From the IMG/VR virus record IMGVR_UViG_3300009177_000031, positions 1 to 64,000 of that record: a stretch of 64,000 nucleotides of DNA; one strand, written 5' to 3'. Position 1 is the first letter of the stretch. Each line of letters starts with the position of its first letter. A program made the translations under genes and the position numbers. The DNA comes from a virus. The notes under the pieces are model-generated. The model searched no databases and was not told where the DNA came from. It saw nothing but the letters and a program-made list of their open reading frames with translations. Positions 47,634 through 58,554 of this stretch are shown here, in pieces.

Positions 47634-48550
47634 TCGCGCGGCGGCGAATCGGTCAAGCAGGTATCCGTGGTGCTCGGGTAGCCGGCAAGTACCCTGCGTT
47701 CTCGAAGGGCGTGCCTGTCGAGTGCGTCGTGATCGCGGTGTATTTCATCGACGACACCGGCAACCTGTCGAAGAAGTACACCGAGTACGACGTCAAGGAT
47801 CTGCGCACCGGTCAGATCTATAACAACGTGCGTCGCGTCGATTCGGTTGCAGGCATGGATGACGGTGAAGAGAACGTGCTCCGTCCTGCGCAGAAGCTCA
47901 TCGGTGCGCAATCGTCCTCGTTCGATCCGAAGATCGATCAGCTCTCACAATCGGACGGCGACCGCGTTGCGGTGACGTTCAGTTACGGTGCGCAGCACAC
48001 GCCGGTCATCACCGACGTGCTTCCACATCCACAGCTCTCGTACGGTACGACGAAAGCGCAAGGGCAGCGTCGTTTCCAAACGCACAAGGGTACGTCGATT
48101 GAGACGAAGTCGGATGGCACGTACCAGATCAAGCGCAACGACACCACGATCACGCTCAACGCCGATGAGACGATCGACATCGTTCACAAGAGCGGTTCGG
48201 TGATGCACTTCCGCGACAACGGCGACATCGAGGCGACTGCAAACGCGAACATGGTCGTGGACGGTCAAGCGGTCATGCTCGGCACGAGCACAGCGGCAAT
48301 TCACCCTGCACCAGAATTCGATGTCTATCGCGCATCTGAGACCACGCTACACGTAGCACTAACGGCACTGGTCACTGCAATCGGTGCGTTTGGAACAGCG
48401 ACAGCTGGCGACCCGACAATGGTGATTCACCCAATCACGGTTGCAGCTGCAACTGCACTCACCGCAGCCACGGTTCCGGCGATTGCTGCGATTCAGGCGT
48501 TCGAGGCTGCGGCTGCTACGTACCTGTCCAAGAAAGTCACCAACGAGTAA
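47630..48550 (+). CDS. baseplate central spike (gpV/gp5-like)
   Basis: OB-fold-like N-terminus (GDRVAV.F) then beta-helix repeats (HKSGS.M....GDI). Confidence 0.7.
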   Translation: MIARRRIGQAGIRGARVAGKYPAFSKGVPVECVVIAVYFIDDTGNLSKKYTEYDVKDLRTGQIYNNVRRVDSVAGMDDGEENVLRPAQKLIGAQSSSFDPKIDQLSQSDGDRVAVTFSYGAQHTPVITDVLPHPQLSYGTTKAQGQRRFQTHKGTSIETKSDGTYQIKRNDTTITLNADETIDIVHKSGSVMHFRDNGDIEATANANMVVDGQAVMLGTSTAAIHPAPEFDVYRASETTLHVALTALVTAIGAFGTATAGDPTMVIHPITVAAATALTAATVPAIAAIQAFEAAAATYLSKKVTNE

Positions 48551-48554
48551 AACC

Positions 48555-50759
48555 ATGGCTGACATCACCGAAGACCCTAGCGTAAAGATGCCGCCACTCG
48601 CCAATTGGGTGGCTCAAACGTTTGCGTATGGCTTCTTGCTCGATCGCTCGGCAGTGCTGGACTACAGCGGCAACGCTGCGCCCAATCAGAGCGGACGCTC
48701 TGGTTTCGACAGTCCGCAGCCTGACGATTTGCATTTGCTCAACCTCAATCCGCAACAGCTGTCGATGCAAGAGCCGCTCGCTACGGCTATCGCTCCCACG
48801 CAGGGCGGTGGTAAGTTCATCGAGTCGCGCGGTGGCGTGATGAAGACGCTGACGATCCACGGCACCACCGGCTTCCTTCCGCCTGTCGCTCCGTACGCGA
48901 CGCACATGCGTCAGCCGTCATCGCTCATCGACGTGTCGAGCACAGGCACCGAGCTGATCACGTCGCCGAATCCGTCGGTGCAACAGAACCAAACCGGCTT
49001 CTTCGAGTTCTACCGTTTGCGGAAGCTGTTCCGGCAATTCGGTTTGGAACGCAAGCAAGGCAAGGCAGTGCAAATGCACTGGCTGGACTTCAAGGGTGAC
49101 GAGTTCTGGATGGTCGAGCCGCAGTCGTTCGACATGGACCGCACGCGGTTCGGCTACGTCTACAACATCCGTTGCAACCTGATCATGCCTTCGCAGCTGA
49201 AGCTGAAGCACAAGGACCAAGGTCAGGATGCGAAGATTCGTGGTCTCGATTCGCGCGACTACGGCGCGGCGTTGCTGAAGAACCCGATCAACGGTGCGCT
49301 CGATCCGTCGCAGCTCAGCTTGCTCACGCGCATGACGCAGATGGCGAACGGTGCAGCTGCGTTCGTCAACAACTACGCGCTCGGCGTGGTCGGCTTGAAG
49401 CTGCAAGGCATCCTCAGCGCAATCGGTGCCGTGCAGCAATTCTTCTCGGACATCGCAGCGGTTCGGCGAGCTGTGCTCGACACCGCGCTGAACCTCTACA
49501 AGCAAACGTACAGCGCGATCCAAGGGCTGTCGGATGCGTGGGATGACGTCACGCCGGATGCCTTCAAGAAGGACATCAACGAGTGGCAGATCGAAATGCA
49601 GGGCGTGACCGAAGGGCTGATGAACAACCATTTGCTCACGTTCGGTGCAAACGCGCTCGGTTTCCAGAGGGAGAACCAGAAGTACACCACACCGCTCGCT
49701 GTCGGCGGCACGAAGACGGCGTTGCTCACCGAGACGTCGAACGCGAGCCAACAGGTGACGCAGGTCAGCGCTGGTCTCGCACTGATCGGCAACATCGAGC
49801 AAATGATGTCGACGACGGCAATGCGTGCCGAGGACATCCTCAGCGGCGAGACGATCTTCGACATTGCGCAGCGATGCCTCGGTGATGCAAACCGCTTCAT
49901 CGATCTGGTGCTCATCAACCAGCTGAAGCCACCGTTCATCGTCTCTGACCTTGCAAACAAGCTTCCTGGCACGCTCGCGTGGACGGAGAAGATCCTCGTT
50001 CCTGCGAGCGAGGAGTCCGCGTCGATCAGCTCGGCCGCACCGGTGCAATCCGCTGTGCCTTCGTTTGCAGGCTCTGTTGCAGTGGTTCCTGTTTTTCCGC
50101 TCAGCCCTACGCTGCAATTCCTCATCACGACGCCGCAGGTGCCGTACCGCGATGAGATGTGGCTCGGTTTCACGGTGACGTGGTTGACCGGGAGCAACGC
50201 TGGTCAGACGCGCGTCATCACCGACAACACGAACCAGGGTGACGGTACGACGCTGTTCACGTGCAATCGCGCGCTGTCGAATCCTGTCGTGGTCGGTGAC
50301 ACGTTCTCGGTGTCGCTCATCCTGTTCACGTCGCGCAAACCGGTGACACCGGAGAACGCGGCGTACGGCATGGACATCATGGGTGTGTTCGCGAAGTCGA
50401 ACGGCATCAACACGGATGGCACGATCGACATCTTGCTCGGTCCGACGAAGGACCTAGCCACGATCGAGGGCATCGAGAACTTCGAGCAAGCCATCACGCT
50501 CGCTTTGCAAACGCCGCGTGGCTCGAACAAGTCCAATCCGCTTTACGGCACGTCGAACGTGATCGGCCGGATGTTGGAGCCGAACGTTCTCGCGCTGAAT
50601 GTCTTCTACGTTCGTCAGTCGCTGTTGCAGGATCCGCGAATCGCTGCGGTCGAAAGGCCGCAGATGGTTTACGACAACGACACTGGAGCGCTCTACTTCA
50701 CTGTCTACGTCCGTCCTGTCCGAGTGCAGCGCACTTTCTTCCTTCGCATTCCAGTCTGA
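48555..50759 (+). CDS. fused baseplate protein: tube-initiator-like + LysM-like + gp25-like
   Basis: LNPQQLS...TI.GTTG; GETIFDIAQR.LGD..RF..L..INQL; G.ENF.QAI...L.TPRG...YG...LLQDPRI..V. Confidence 0.75.
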   Translation: MADITEDPSVKMPPLANWVAQTFAYGFLLDRSAVLDYSGNAAPNQSGRSGFDSPQPDDLHLLNLNPQQLSMQEPLATAIAPTQGGGKFIESRGGVMKTLTIHGTTGFLPPVAPYATHMRQPSSLIDVSSTGTELITSPNPSVQQNQTGFFEFYRLRKLFRQFGLERKQGKAVQMHWLDFKGDEFWMVEPQSFDMDRTRFGYVYNIRCNLIMPSQLKLKHKDQGQDAKIRGLDSRDYGAALLKNPINGALDPSQLSLLTRMTQMANGAAAFVNNYALGVVGLKLQGILSAIGAVQQFFSDIAAVRRAVLDTALNLYKQTYSAIQGLSDAWDDVTPDAFKKDINEWQIEMQGVTEGLMNNHLLTFGANALGFQRENQKYTTPLAVGGTKTALLTETSNASQQVTQVSAGLALIGNIEQMMSTTAMRAEDILSGETIFDIAQRCLGDANRFIDLVLINQLKPPFIVSDLANKLPGTLAWTEKILVPASEESASISSAAPVQSAVPSFAGSVAVVPVFPLSPTLQFLITTPQVPYRDEMWLGFTVTWLTGSNAGQTRVITDNTNQGDGTTLFTCNRALSNPVVVGDTFSVSLILFTSRKPVTPENAAYGMDIMGVFAKSNGINTDGTIDILLGPTKDLATIEGIENFEQAITLALQTPRGSNKSNPLYGTSNVIGRMLEPNVLALNVFYVRQSLLQDPRIAAVERPQMVYDNDTGALYFTVYVRPVRVQRTFFLRIPV

Positions 50760-50767
50760 GGTAGCCG

Positions 50768-52870
50768 ATGCCTACGCCGTTCCAGCTGAAGACATTCCCT
50801 GAGATCCTCGCTGCGATGTTCGCGACCGCGCGTTCGCAGCTCGATCCAGACATCGACCTGAACATCGGTTCGATCCTGCGCGCGATCTACGAAGCGTGCT
50901 CGCTGCAAGATGCTGAGCAGTACGTTCAGATCGGCAAGCTTCTCGATCTGTTCTCGCGCGGCAATGCGATTGGCGACGATTTGGATCGTCGCGGTCTCGA
51001 CTTTGGCGCTGACGTCTTCACCGACATGCGGCGACGTCAGGCGAACACGAGCATCTCGGCAATCGTGGTTGGCGATGGAACGATCCAGCGCTCGGCAACG
51101 CTCGTTGCTGACGTACCTGCAACGTCGTCGTCGTTCTCGATCAGCGACCCAACGAATTGGCCTGCGGCTGGCTCGATGATGATGGAGCCTGGAACGCTGC
51201 GCCAGGAAGAGGTGTTCTTCACGCTGTCTGGTGCCGTCGTCACAATCGTGTCGCCTGCAACCGGAACGGTGAACCCTCACCTGCAAGGCGGAACGGTCAA
51301 GACGATTGCGACGCGTTCGGTGCTCGCGGTGCAATTGAACGCTGGTGGTACCTCAGCGTCGATCCAATCAGGCACCGAAGGCGCGTGGCCTTCGAGCGGT
51401 TCGGTCATCTTCGAGCGCGACACGGTTCGACGCGAGCTGCGCACGTTCACACGTGTCGGCACGACGCTGACGCTCGGTGTTGCAGCGACGTTCACGCACG
51501 CAGCTAGCTCGGACGTGACGTTGTCGACGTTCGGGTCAGACCGTCCGGTCGGTAGCGGTAGCGCGTGCCTCGTGCCGGCCACGACGTCCACCGCGTCGAT
51601 TCTGTTCCGCACCACCGCAGCGGGTACGCTGATGGACGGCGACTATGCGTCCGATCCGATTGCTGTCGAGTCTGACGGCGTTGGTTCTACGACGCGCGTT
51701 GGTGCAAACACGATCACGCAATGGCAGTCGCCTCCGTTCGCAAACGCGACGGTGACGAATCCGAACGCAGCGGTGCGCGGTCGCGATCGTGAAGACGACG
51801 CGTCGTACAACACGCGCATCTCCAACTTCATTCAGAGCCTGTCGCGTGCGACAGCGCTCGCGATCGAAACGCTGACGGCCGGACAGCAGGATCCGTTCAC
51901 GAATCTGATCATCTCGTTCGCGCAAACGGTGGAGCCTGTCGCGCCAGGCCAATCGTTGCTGTACGTCACCGATGGCAGCACGACGTTCGCGATCGACTAC
52001 CAGGTGAAGCCTGGACGAATCATCCTGATCAACGATGCGCGCACGAACGACAAGCGCGCTCACCTACCGGACTACGGTCCGTTCCAGGAAGTGCTCGCAC
52101 CGACGGCGCAGGTCACGCCGCGTTTGTACAAGAGCGATCCAGGAGCGTCGAACGTGTCGACGCTCACCGGTGCAAACTTCATCGAAGATTCGACGCAAGG
52201 CTGGACGGTGAACCAGTGGGCAGGTTTCACGGTGAAGGCTACCGATGGGCAGTTCTATCCGGTCACCAGCAACACGGCGATCCGTTTGACCGTGACAGCT
52301 GGTGGCGCAACGCCAGCGCTCGGTCAGTACGCGGTGTTCGATTTGCGCGTCTCCGCTGCGCCGCTCGTGCCGGAAACGGACTACGTGTTCAACTCGTCCA
52401 CGGGTGATTTGGAGCTGGTCGTTCCGCTCGCGCAGCATCAATCGATCATCGCAGCGGATGACAACGCGACCGCGGTTGGTGCGTACGTTTACTCGCGCGG
52501 TCTCGCTGCGTACGCGCAGCGTTTGGTGAACGGCGACCGCACGGACCTGCAAGACTACCCTGGCATCAAAGCGCTCGGTACGTCGTGCCTCGTCACCGCA
52601 CCGACGGTCATCACGCCGACGATCGTCATCCAGATCATCACGGCGTCAGGACTCACCGATGCAGATCTCGCGTCGACGGTGCAGAGCGTGGTGCAATCGT
52701 ACGTGAACGGTCTCGGCATCGGTCAGCAAGTGCTCATCTCCGAGATTATGCGTCTCGTGAAGAACCTCAACGGCGTCACCGATTGTCGCGTCATCTCGCC
52801 GACGGCAAACGTGCAGGTACCTGACGGACAAATCGCGCGCATGAACACGACTGACGTGCAGGTGGTGTGA
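50768..52870 (+). CDS. baseplate J-like wedge protein
   Basis: DLNIGSILRAI.EA, A.GDDLD, G.DRE.D..Y..R, LSRAT..AI, Y.NGLGIG..V.ISEI. Confidence 0.85.
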   Translation: MPTPFQLKTFPEILAAMFATARSQLDPDIDLNIGSILRAIYEACSLQDAEQYVQIGKLLDLFSRGNAIGDDLDRRGLDFGADVFTDMRRRQANTSISAIVVGDGTIQRSATLVADVPATSSSFSISDPTNWPAAGSMMMEPGTLRQEEVFFTLSGAVVTIVSPATGTVNPHLQGGTVKTIATRSVLAVQLNAGGTSASIQSGTEGAWPSSGSVIFERDTVRRELRTFTRVGTTLTLGVAATFTHAASSDVTLSTFGSDRPVGSGSACLVPATTSTASILFRTTAAGTLMDGDYASDPIAVESDGVGSTTRVGANTITQWQSPPFANATVTNPNAAVRGRDREDDASYNTRISNFIQSLSRATALAIETLTAGQQDPFTNLIISFAQTVEPVAPGQSLLYVTDGSTTFAIDYQVKPGRIILINDARTNDKRAHLPDYGPFQEVLAPTAQVTPRLYKSDPGASNVSTLTGANFIEDSTQGWTVNQWAGFTVKATDGQFYPVTSNTAIRLTVTAGGATPALGQYAVFDLRVSAAPLVPETDYVFNSSTGDLELVVPLAQHQSIIAADDNATAVGAYVYSRGLAAYAQRLVNGDRTDLQDYPGIKALGTSCLVTAPTVITPTIVIQIITASGLTDADLASTVQSVVQSYVNGLGIGQQVLISEIMRLVKNLNGVTDCRVISPTANVQVPDGQIARMNTTDVQVV

Positions 52871-54279
52871 TGACAGCTTCAACCGACGTCAAGGATCTGT
52901 ACAAGGTCTACCAGCTGCTTCAAGGTTTGCCGCCTTCGTTCAAGCGAACGAAGGATGGCGTTCTCGCAGCTGCGCTCACAGCATGTGGCGAGCGCGACAA
53001 CTTCATCGGCGGTCTGTTCGGCAAACGCAACTTCCTCGGCGAGACGTCGCTGCTTCTGAGTGGGCCTGGCATCATCAACACGACCGCAGGGCTGTCGCAG
53101 AACGCTACGAACGGCAAACCGCCTGGACCGACGGTTCCAACTGGTGCCGATTTGAGCGTGAGCGGTGGCGTCGTTTGGACCGCGGTGATGACGACGACAG
53201 CGCTCACCACGGTGTCGTTCTCGATTGCAGTGCTCGCAGGTGCGCCAGCGCCAAACGGCATCACGGTGAACGACAACCAGTATTGGGACACGAACCTGAA
53301 CTCGTGGCAGACCGCGACCGGCAACGTCGGGGTGCTCATCGGTTTGGGCGGTGGCGGTGTCACGGTTGCGACGCTCGAAGCGGCGATCAACTCGAAGTCG
53401 CGTTTGCTGCGCGTGACGTCGCCTGATGTCACAAACGCTGCGCACACGATTCCAGCGCAAACCGCTCTCGTTGGGCCTGTCAACATGTCGAACGTGCAGG
53501 ATCGCAGCGCGATCGATCAGGCGCGCGATTCGATGTTCGTGAACACGGCGAGCGGCAAGTTCCTCACGGACCTTGGCTCGAACTACGGCGTACCTCGTCC
53601 TCCGCAATCGCCGTTCGACGACGAGCTGTTCCGGCGCATCGTCCCTGTGCTCGCGTGGCTTCCGAAGACGCCGTTGCTCGTGACGTACAAGCTCGCTGAG
53701 GTGATCTTCGGTACGCAAGCGGTGGTGCAAACGCAGTACGGACACACGTGGCAGATCTACGAGGTGAACCCAAACGAGATCATCTTCGAGTGTCCGATTG
53801 GGCTCATCGCTGGAAACACAGAAACCGCTAGCTACATGCACGGCTACCCTGGAACCACAGGAGCGGTGACAGGACCGACGAACACGATCACCAACGTTGG
53901 ATCAGATGCGCGCCTCGCAGTTTCAGGAAGCAACCTGACAGGCTTCACGATCTACGTGTTCTTTACTGGTGCCTGGCAGACGTACACGATTAGCTCGTCT
54001 AGCTACAACCTCGGAACGCAGACGAACACGTTTGTGTTGAGCGCATCGACGGTACCGACTGGTGACAGCTATCCGTTCTTCATCGACATCCCAAGCGCGA
54101 ACAGCTTCAACCCTGGCGATTACATGATGAGCGACGCGACGGTGACAGCGGACGGTACGAATCCTCCGCACAACGATTTGGTTTACTTGTTCGGTAAGGC
54201 CCGGCTTGATATCTTTGAGTTCTACATGAACAACTTTGTGCGAGCTGCGGGCGTCAGCTTGCGCAGCGAGATTCTGTAA
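52870..54279 (+). CDS. baseplate wedge protein (gpI-like) with insertions
   Basis: TASG.FL..LG.NYGV.RP...DD..FR and C-terminal RAAGV. Confidence 0.7.
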   Translation: MTASTDVKDLYKVYQLLQGLPPSFKRTKDGVLAAALTACGERDNFIGGLFGKRNFLGETSLLLSGPGIINTTAGLSQNATNGKPPGPTVPTGADLSVSGGVVWTAVMTTTALTTVSFSIAVLAGAPAPNGITVNDNQYWDTNLNSWQTATGNVGVLIGLGGGGVTVATLEAAINSKSRLLRVTSPDVTNAAHTIPAQTALVGPVNMSNVQDRSAIDQARDSMFVNTASGKFLTDLGSNYGVPRPPQSPFDDELFRRIVPVLAWLPKTPLLVTYKLAEVIFGTQAVVQTQYGHTWQIYEVNPNEIIFECPIGLIAGNTETASYMHGYPGTTGAVTGPTNTITNVGSDARLAVSGSNLTGFTIYVFFTGAWQTYTISSSSYNLGTQTNTFVLSASTVPTGDSYPFFIDIPSANSFNPGDYMMSDATVTADGTNPPHNDLVYLFGKARLDIFEFYMNNFVRAAGVSLRSEIL

Positions 54280-54288
54280 GGAGCGATC

Positions 54289-57108
54289 ATGGCGACAGGC
54301 GATAAGACCACAGCGACGCGACCGGTTGGTCAATCCAACATGCGGTTGGATCTGGTCGACTACGCCGCGATGGCGTTGGTCGGTCAGCTCGCAGTCGAAG
54401 CGGCGAACCGCTCGCTCGCAGCGACACCGAAGGCGACAGCTGGTGCAGCTGTCGGTGAGCGCTGGCTCGGAAGCATGACGGCGAATCCCACGACCGGTTC
54501 GGACGGCTTGTTTCGTCTCGACTCCACGACGTTCGTTGGTCTCGATGCGAACGGCGGCATGCTCATCAAGCCGAACGGTACCGCGCTCTCGATCACGATC
54601 CCAGCTGGTGGTGCGAGCCAACAGGTGTATGCGTACGTCAGCGACGTCTCCGAGAACACGCAGGTGCGTCGCTTCCTTCCTGCAACCGGCCCGTTCAACG
54701 AGTTCGCGAGCGCGATCAACGTGGCGCTTCGCCAAACGGTTGGGCTCTACGTGCGTGCAGGAACGCTCGGAAGCGTTGTGGCGCAGGATGCGGTTGCAGG
54801 CATCACGCGTCCGCTTCTGTTCCTCGGTATCGCAACGAACACCGGTGGTGTCGTCACGTTCACGCCTGGTACGAACACGCTCGAAACGGTGCGCACGCCT
54901 GCGAGCGTTCCGCAAACTGACAGCGGCACGACGACGGTCAAGACGACGGTTACCGGTTCGCAGAACACATTGCGCGAGCTGATCAACGCTGCGCTCTACG
55001 CAGTGGGCAACGCGATGTTCAAGGGTAGTGACTTCATCACGCCTGCGGACGGCAACAATTGGGGTGCGTACAACGTCGCGTCGCTCTCTGGCGGTATCGA
55101 CAAGACGTTCCGCCAAGCGCTCGGGTACGTCATCATCGGCAACGGCACGACGGTGTTTGGCGACTTCAACACGAACGCGTATGCAAACAGCAAGCTGTTG
55201 ATGGATGCAGCGTTTGCGTCGCTCCCAGCACAAGGTGGCACGATCATCATCAAGCGTGGTGTGCAGCTCACCAATTGGGGTGGCGTCACGTGCAATGCGC
55301 CTACGGCGAAGACCGTCGTCATCATTGGCGACCACACGAACACGCCGAACAACTTCCCACAACTCAACTTCGCCACCGGTGAATCGATCACCGCAGGAAG
55401 CACCGGTGCACTCATCTTCCAGAACGTGCACATCCGGTGGGTGCAGAACGCAATCATCGCTGCGGCAACTGGTGCAGGTTCGTACCTGAAGTTCGTCGAT
55501 TGCTACATCGACAAGGCCGGTGCCGCGGACACAGGGGCCTTCATCACCGGTACGACGGTGAGCGACGTCCATTTCGAGCGCTGCAACGCGCTCGTGTCTG
55601 TCACGAGCGGTACCGCAAACGGCATGCTGATTCGCGCGACAAGCCAGTGTCAGCGTTGGGCGGTGAAGAAGTGCAACTTCACCGCTGGTAGCGCTGATAT
55701 GGCGTGGTTTCAATTTGGCGACATGCGCGCCGATTTGGACTTCACCGATTTGACGTTTGCGGACTTCGGAACGCAAACCGGAGCTACCGCTGGTGTCGGT
55801 TGTTTTACGTGCGCTTCGTCTGACAACTCGACGGTGGCGAACATCGTCGGTCGGCGTTTCAGGAACATCTACAACACGACGTCGGTTCCGACGTTTTTCC
55901 TGTCGACCGCAGGCAATCTCGACATCTCGAACGTCGAGCAATTGAAAGCGTCGACGGTTGCGTTCAGCGCATCAGGCTACAGCGGTACAGGGCCAATCAA
56001 GGTGCGTCACAGCAGGATCGTAGGCGTCACGCTCGCCGGCGCGTACCCTGACATCGCGTTCCAAGACGTCACGTTCTTCGGGACAGGTTCGACGCTTGGA
56101 AGTGTCACGAGCAACCAAGGCACGATTGAAATCACGCGTTGTCGTTTCATGCCGACGATCGCGGGGCGGCCGATTCTCGTTGGTGGTTTGACGATCAACG
56201 AGCTTCGTGTCGACAGCTGTTACTTCGAGGGCGTGTTTCACACGACGACGGACATCGCGTGCTTCGCGGTGCAAGCAAACACGAAGCTCACGAAGTGCGT
56301 GATCCAGAACAACGAGGTGAACGGCTTCCAGAACATCGCGTGGGCTGGTGGCGCAAGCGTCTACTCGCGCTGCTTCGAGCTGGACGTCGTGACGGTCACG
56401 TCTGTCGTGTTCCAGAACAACACCGCTACGAACCTGATGAGCAGCTCGTCAGGAACGGCACGTGTTGGCGTGTACATGTTGGAGCTGAACTCGCACGATC
56501 GCGCAACGGTGGAATTGGGCATTGGTGGTTTGGTGTACCGCAACAACACGATCGGCGATGACGGCTCGCGATGCATGATGCTGATGGTGGCGAACTACGG
56601 ATCCGTCACCGACGTGTTCATCCAGAACAATCGGTGGGGTGGGACGTACGACAACGGTGCAGCGAACGCGTGTTCGCTTTCGCACATCATCAACTTCGCT
56701 TCACCTGGCTCTGGCACGCAAACGCTGTCGTTCGTCAAGGTCGAAGGCAACCACATGACGTTGCTTGCTGGCGCAGGCAACATGAACGCGATCGCAATCG
56801 ACTTCGCTCGGTTCATGCAGTTCTTCTCGGTGTTGCCGATCTTCGCGCTGTCGATCTCGCACAACCACTTCGATTGCTCGTCCGGTAACCCGGCTGCATT
56901 TGATGCCGTCAACGGCTTCGGCGTCAACATGAGCTTCGCTGTTTGGAGTTTCGAGCTGTGGGGGAACACCGCCATCTATGGCGCGAGCACGGTGGTGAAC
57001 TTCTTCCAGATCAACATCGGAAGTGCAATCAGCTTCAACGCAAGCTCTGGCGCGTTGCCGACAGCCGGTTCGGTGTTCACAAGCAACATCCAGATCAAGC
57101 GTCACTAA
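54289..57108 (+). CDS. tail fibre/spike with parallel beta-helix (depolymerase-like)
   Basis: A..SLP..GGTI.IKRG followed by Asn-ladder repeats (IQNNEVNG, FQNNTAT, YRNNTIG, IQNNRW, VEGNHM, ISHNHF). Confidence 0.75.
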   Translation: MATGDKTTATRPVGQSNMRLDLVDYAAMALVGQLAVEAANRSLAATPKATAGAAVGERWLGSMTANPTTGSDGLFRLDSTTFVGLDANGGMLIKPNGTALSITIPAGGASQQVYAYVSDVSENTQVRRFLPATGPFNEFASAINVALRQTVGLYVRAGTLGSVVAQDAVAGITRPLLFLGIATNTGGVVTFTPGTNTLETVRTPASVPQTDSGTTTVKTTVTGSQNTLRELINAALYAVGNAMFKGSDFITPADGNNWGAYNVASLSGGIDKTFRQALGYVIIGNGTTVFGDFNTNAYANSKLLMDAAFASLPAQGGTIIIKRGVQLTNWGGVTCNAPTAKTVVIIGDHTNTPNNFPQLNFATGESITAGSTGALIFQNVHIRWVQNAIIAAATGAGSYLKFVDCYIDKAGAADTGAFITGTTVSDVHFERCNALVSVTSGTANGMLIRATSQCQRWAVKKCNFTAGSADMAWFQFGDMRADLDFTDLTFADFGTQTGATAGVGCFTCASSDNSTVANIVGRRFRNIYNTTSVPTFFLSTAGNLDISNVEQLKASTVAFSASGYSGTGPIKVRHSRIVGVTLAGAYPDIAFQDVTFFGTGSTLGSVTSNQGTIEITRCRFMPTIAGRPILVGGLTINELRVDSCYFEGVFHTTTDIACFAVQANTKLTKCVIQNNEVNGFQNIAWAGGASVYSRCFELDVVTVTSVVFQNNTATNLMSSSSGTARVGVYMLELNSHDRATVELGIGGLVYRNNTIGDDGSRCMMLMVANYGSVTDVFIQNNRWGGTYDNGAANACSLSHIINFASPGSGTQTLSFVKVEGNHMTLLAGAGNMNAIAIDFARFMQFFSVLPIFALSISHNHFDCSSGNPAAFDAVNGFGVNMSFAVWSFELWGNTAIYGASTVVNFFQINIGSAISFNASSGALPTAGSVFTSNIQIKRH

Positions 57109-57118
57109 GGAGGCGTTC

Positions 57119-57481
57119 GTGTCCGCTGCAATCCCAAAGGTCTCGTACGGACAAACCGTCACTCGCATCAAACAGGGCGACACGCTTCCGATCCTCACGT
57201 ACACGACGCAGGACGAGAACCAGCAAATGGTTCCAATCACCGGCGCGACCGGCGTGCAGTTTCGCTACTGCTTGAAGGGCGCCGATCCGGCAACTGCAAT
57301 CGTTCGTCAGGCGACGATCCTCGCAGCTGACCAAGGTCAATTGACGTACGCCTGGATTGCAGCCGACACGGCGCAGCCTGGCACTTACAACGGCGAATGG
57401 ATCGTCGCCTTCCCAAATGGTGGACAGCAAACCTTCCCTGTGCGCGGCTATCAGCCGTTCGTTGTGGAAGCGAAACTCTGA
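57119..57481 (+). CDS. BppU-like baseplate upper/fibre-associated protein
   Basis: IKQGDT.P...G.L.Y.W...DT..PG.Y.GEW.V.F..G..QTFP..GY; AAGGAGG RBS. Confidence 0.7.
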   Translation: MSAAIPKVSYGQTVTRIKQGDTLPILTYTTQDENQQMVPITGATGVQFRYCLKGADPATAIVRQATILAADQGQLTYAWIAADTAQPGTYNGEWIVAFPNGGQQTFPVRGYQPFVVEAKL

Positions 57482-57498
57482 AGTGAAAGGAGACCACA

Positions 57499-57849
57499 AT
57501 GAGCGCTAGCGGCAAACTGATGTCATTCGGCGGTACGGCGACCACGACGGAGACGCGCGTTGCGTTTCCGCAGGCGTACCGTAGGGGCTACCCAAACGCG
57601 AACCCTGGTGCTGGTGTTCAGACGTATCCGACACCGCAAAAGCCACCTTCGTTCATGAAAAACCTGCGCATCCGGTGCACCGATGCGACGAACGATTTGC
57701 TCATCCGCATCAACGGCGGTTCGCAAATCACGGTGAAGCACACCGATGCGCAGCCGTTCCAGTTCGATCCTGGTGAGGTTCACGATCTCACCGTGCAATC
57801 GAGTGCGGCGACGGCTGCGTGGGAAGCTGTCGGCGTCGTGTCGGCATAA
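57499..57849 (+). CDS. hypothetical virion protein
   Basis: AAAGGAG RBS. Confidence 0.7.
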   Translation: MSASGKLMSFGGTATTTETRVAFPQAYRRGYPNANPGAGVQTYPTPQKPPSFMKNLRIRCTDATNDLLIRINGGSQITVKHTDAQPFQFDPGEVHDLTVQSSAATAAWEAVGVVSA

Positions 57850-57861
57850 ACGGAGGCGACG

Positions 57862-58299
57862 ATGAACCCTGTCGTAACGCTTGCGCAAGCGGCGCCCATC
57901 GAGAAGTCGGGCACCGATTACATGGTGCAGTACGGCGTCGTTGGCATCATGTGCGTGGTGTTCGCGTACATCATCTTCTACCTCTACCGCGAGAACCGAG
58001 CTGACCGACGCGAAGCAGCTGCAAACGAGAAGAACCATGCCGCCGAGCTGATGGCGTGCAAGGAGCAGTGCAAGACGGAGAAGGAAGCGCTGGAGAAGCT
58101 GTTCGAGAAACGCAATCGCGAGATCCTCGAAGGCTACACGCAACAGCTCATCGTGATCCGTCAGTCGTGCGAGAAGCGCGAGGACGACATCCGGCGCGAG
58201 TTCAACGCGCTCGCAGAGAAGCTCGCCAACGGCAACAAGGAATCCAGCGAGGCGTTGGTCGAGATGCTTCAGCAGTTTCTCAACAAGGTGGTCAAGTGA
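57862..58299 (+). CDS. single-TM holin-like (BhlA-like) protein
   Basis: QYGVVGIMCVVFAYIIFYLY then a charged coiled coil. Confidence 0.55.
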   Translation: MNPVVTLAQAAPIEKSGTDYMVQYGVVGIMCVVFAYIIFYLYRENRADRREAAANEKNHAAELMACKEQCKTEKEALEKLFEKRNREILEGYTQQLIVIRQSCEKREDDIRREFNALAEKLANGNKESSEALVEMLQQFLNKVVK

Positions 58300-58310
58300 A
58301 AGGAGCTTCC

Positions 58311-58553
58311 ATGGCGCTCTCGCAGAACGCAAAGGATGCTGTGCAGGAAGCTACGGCTTCATGTGAGCGCGTTGCTGAACGTGCTCGCACGATCACCGCC
58401 GCAATTGCAAATCGACCTACGCGTGCTCGAACGAATCCGTTCATCAAGATCGAGGACAGCGAGTTCGAGCAAGAGGATAGCATGGTGATGTCGATCGAGA
58501 AGGTCATCAGCACGCAAAGCAACGCGGCGATCGAAGTGCAAAAGGACGAGTAA
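58311..58553 (+). CDS. hypothetical protein
   Basis: AAAGGAG RBS before ATG 58311. Confidence 0.65.
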   Translation: MALSQNAKDAVQEATASCERVAERARTITAAIANRPTRARTNPFIKIEDSEFEQEDSMVMSIEKVISTQSNAAIEVQKDE

Positions 58554-58554
58554 C

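Noticed and set aside
38444-54279. Contractile module as a tailocin, eCIS or T6SS
   Set aside because: It is linked to a full head module (portal, protease, MCP), so it is a phage tail.
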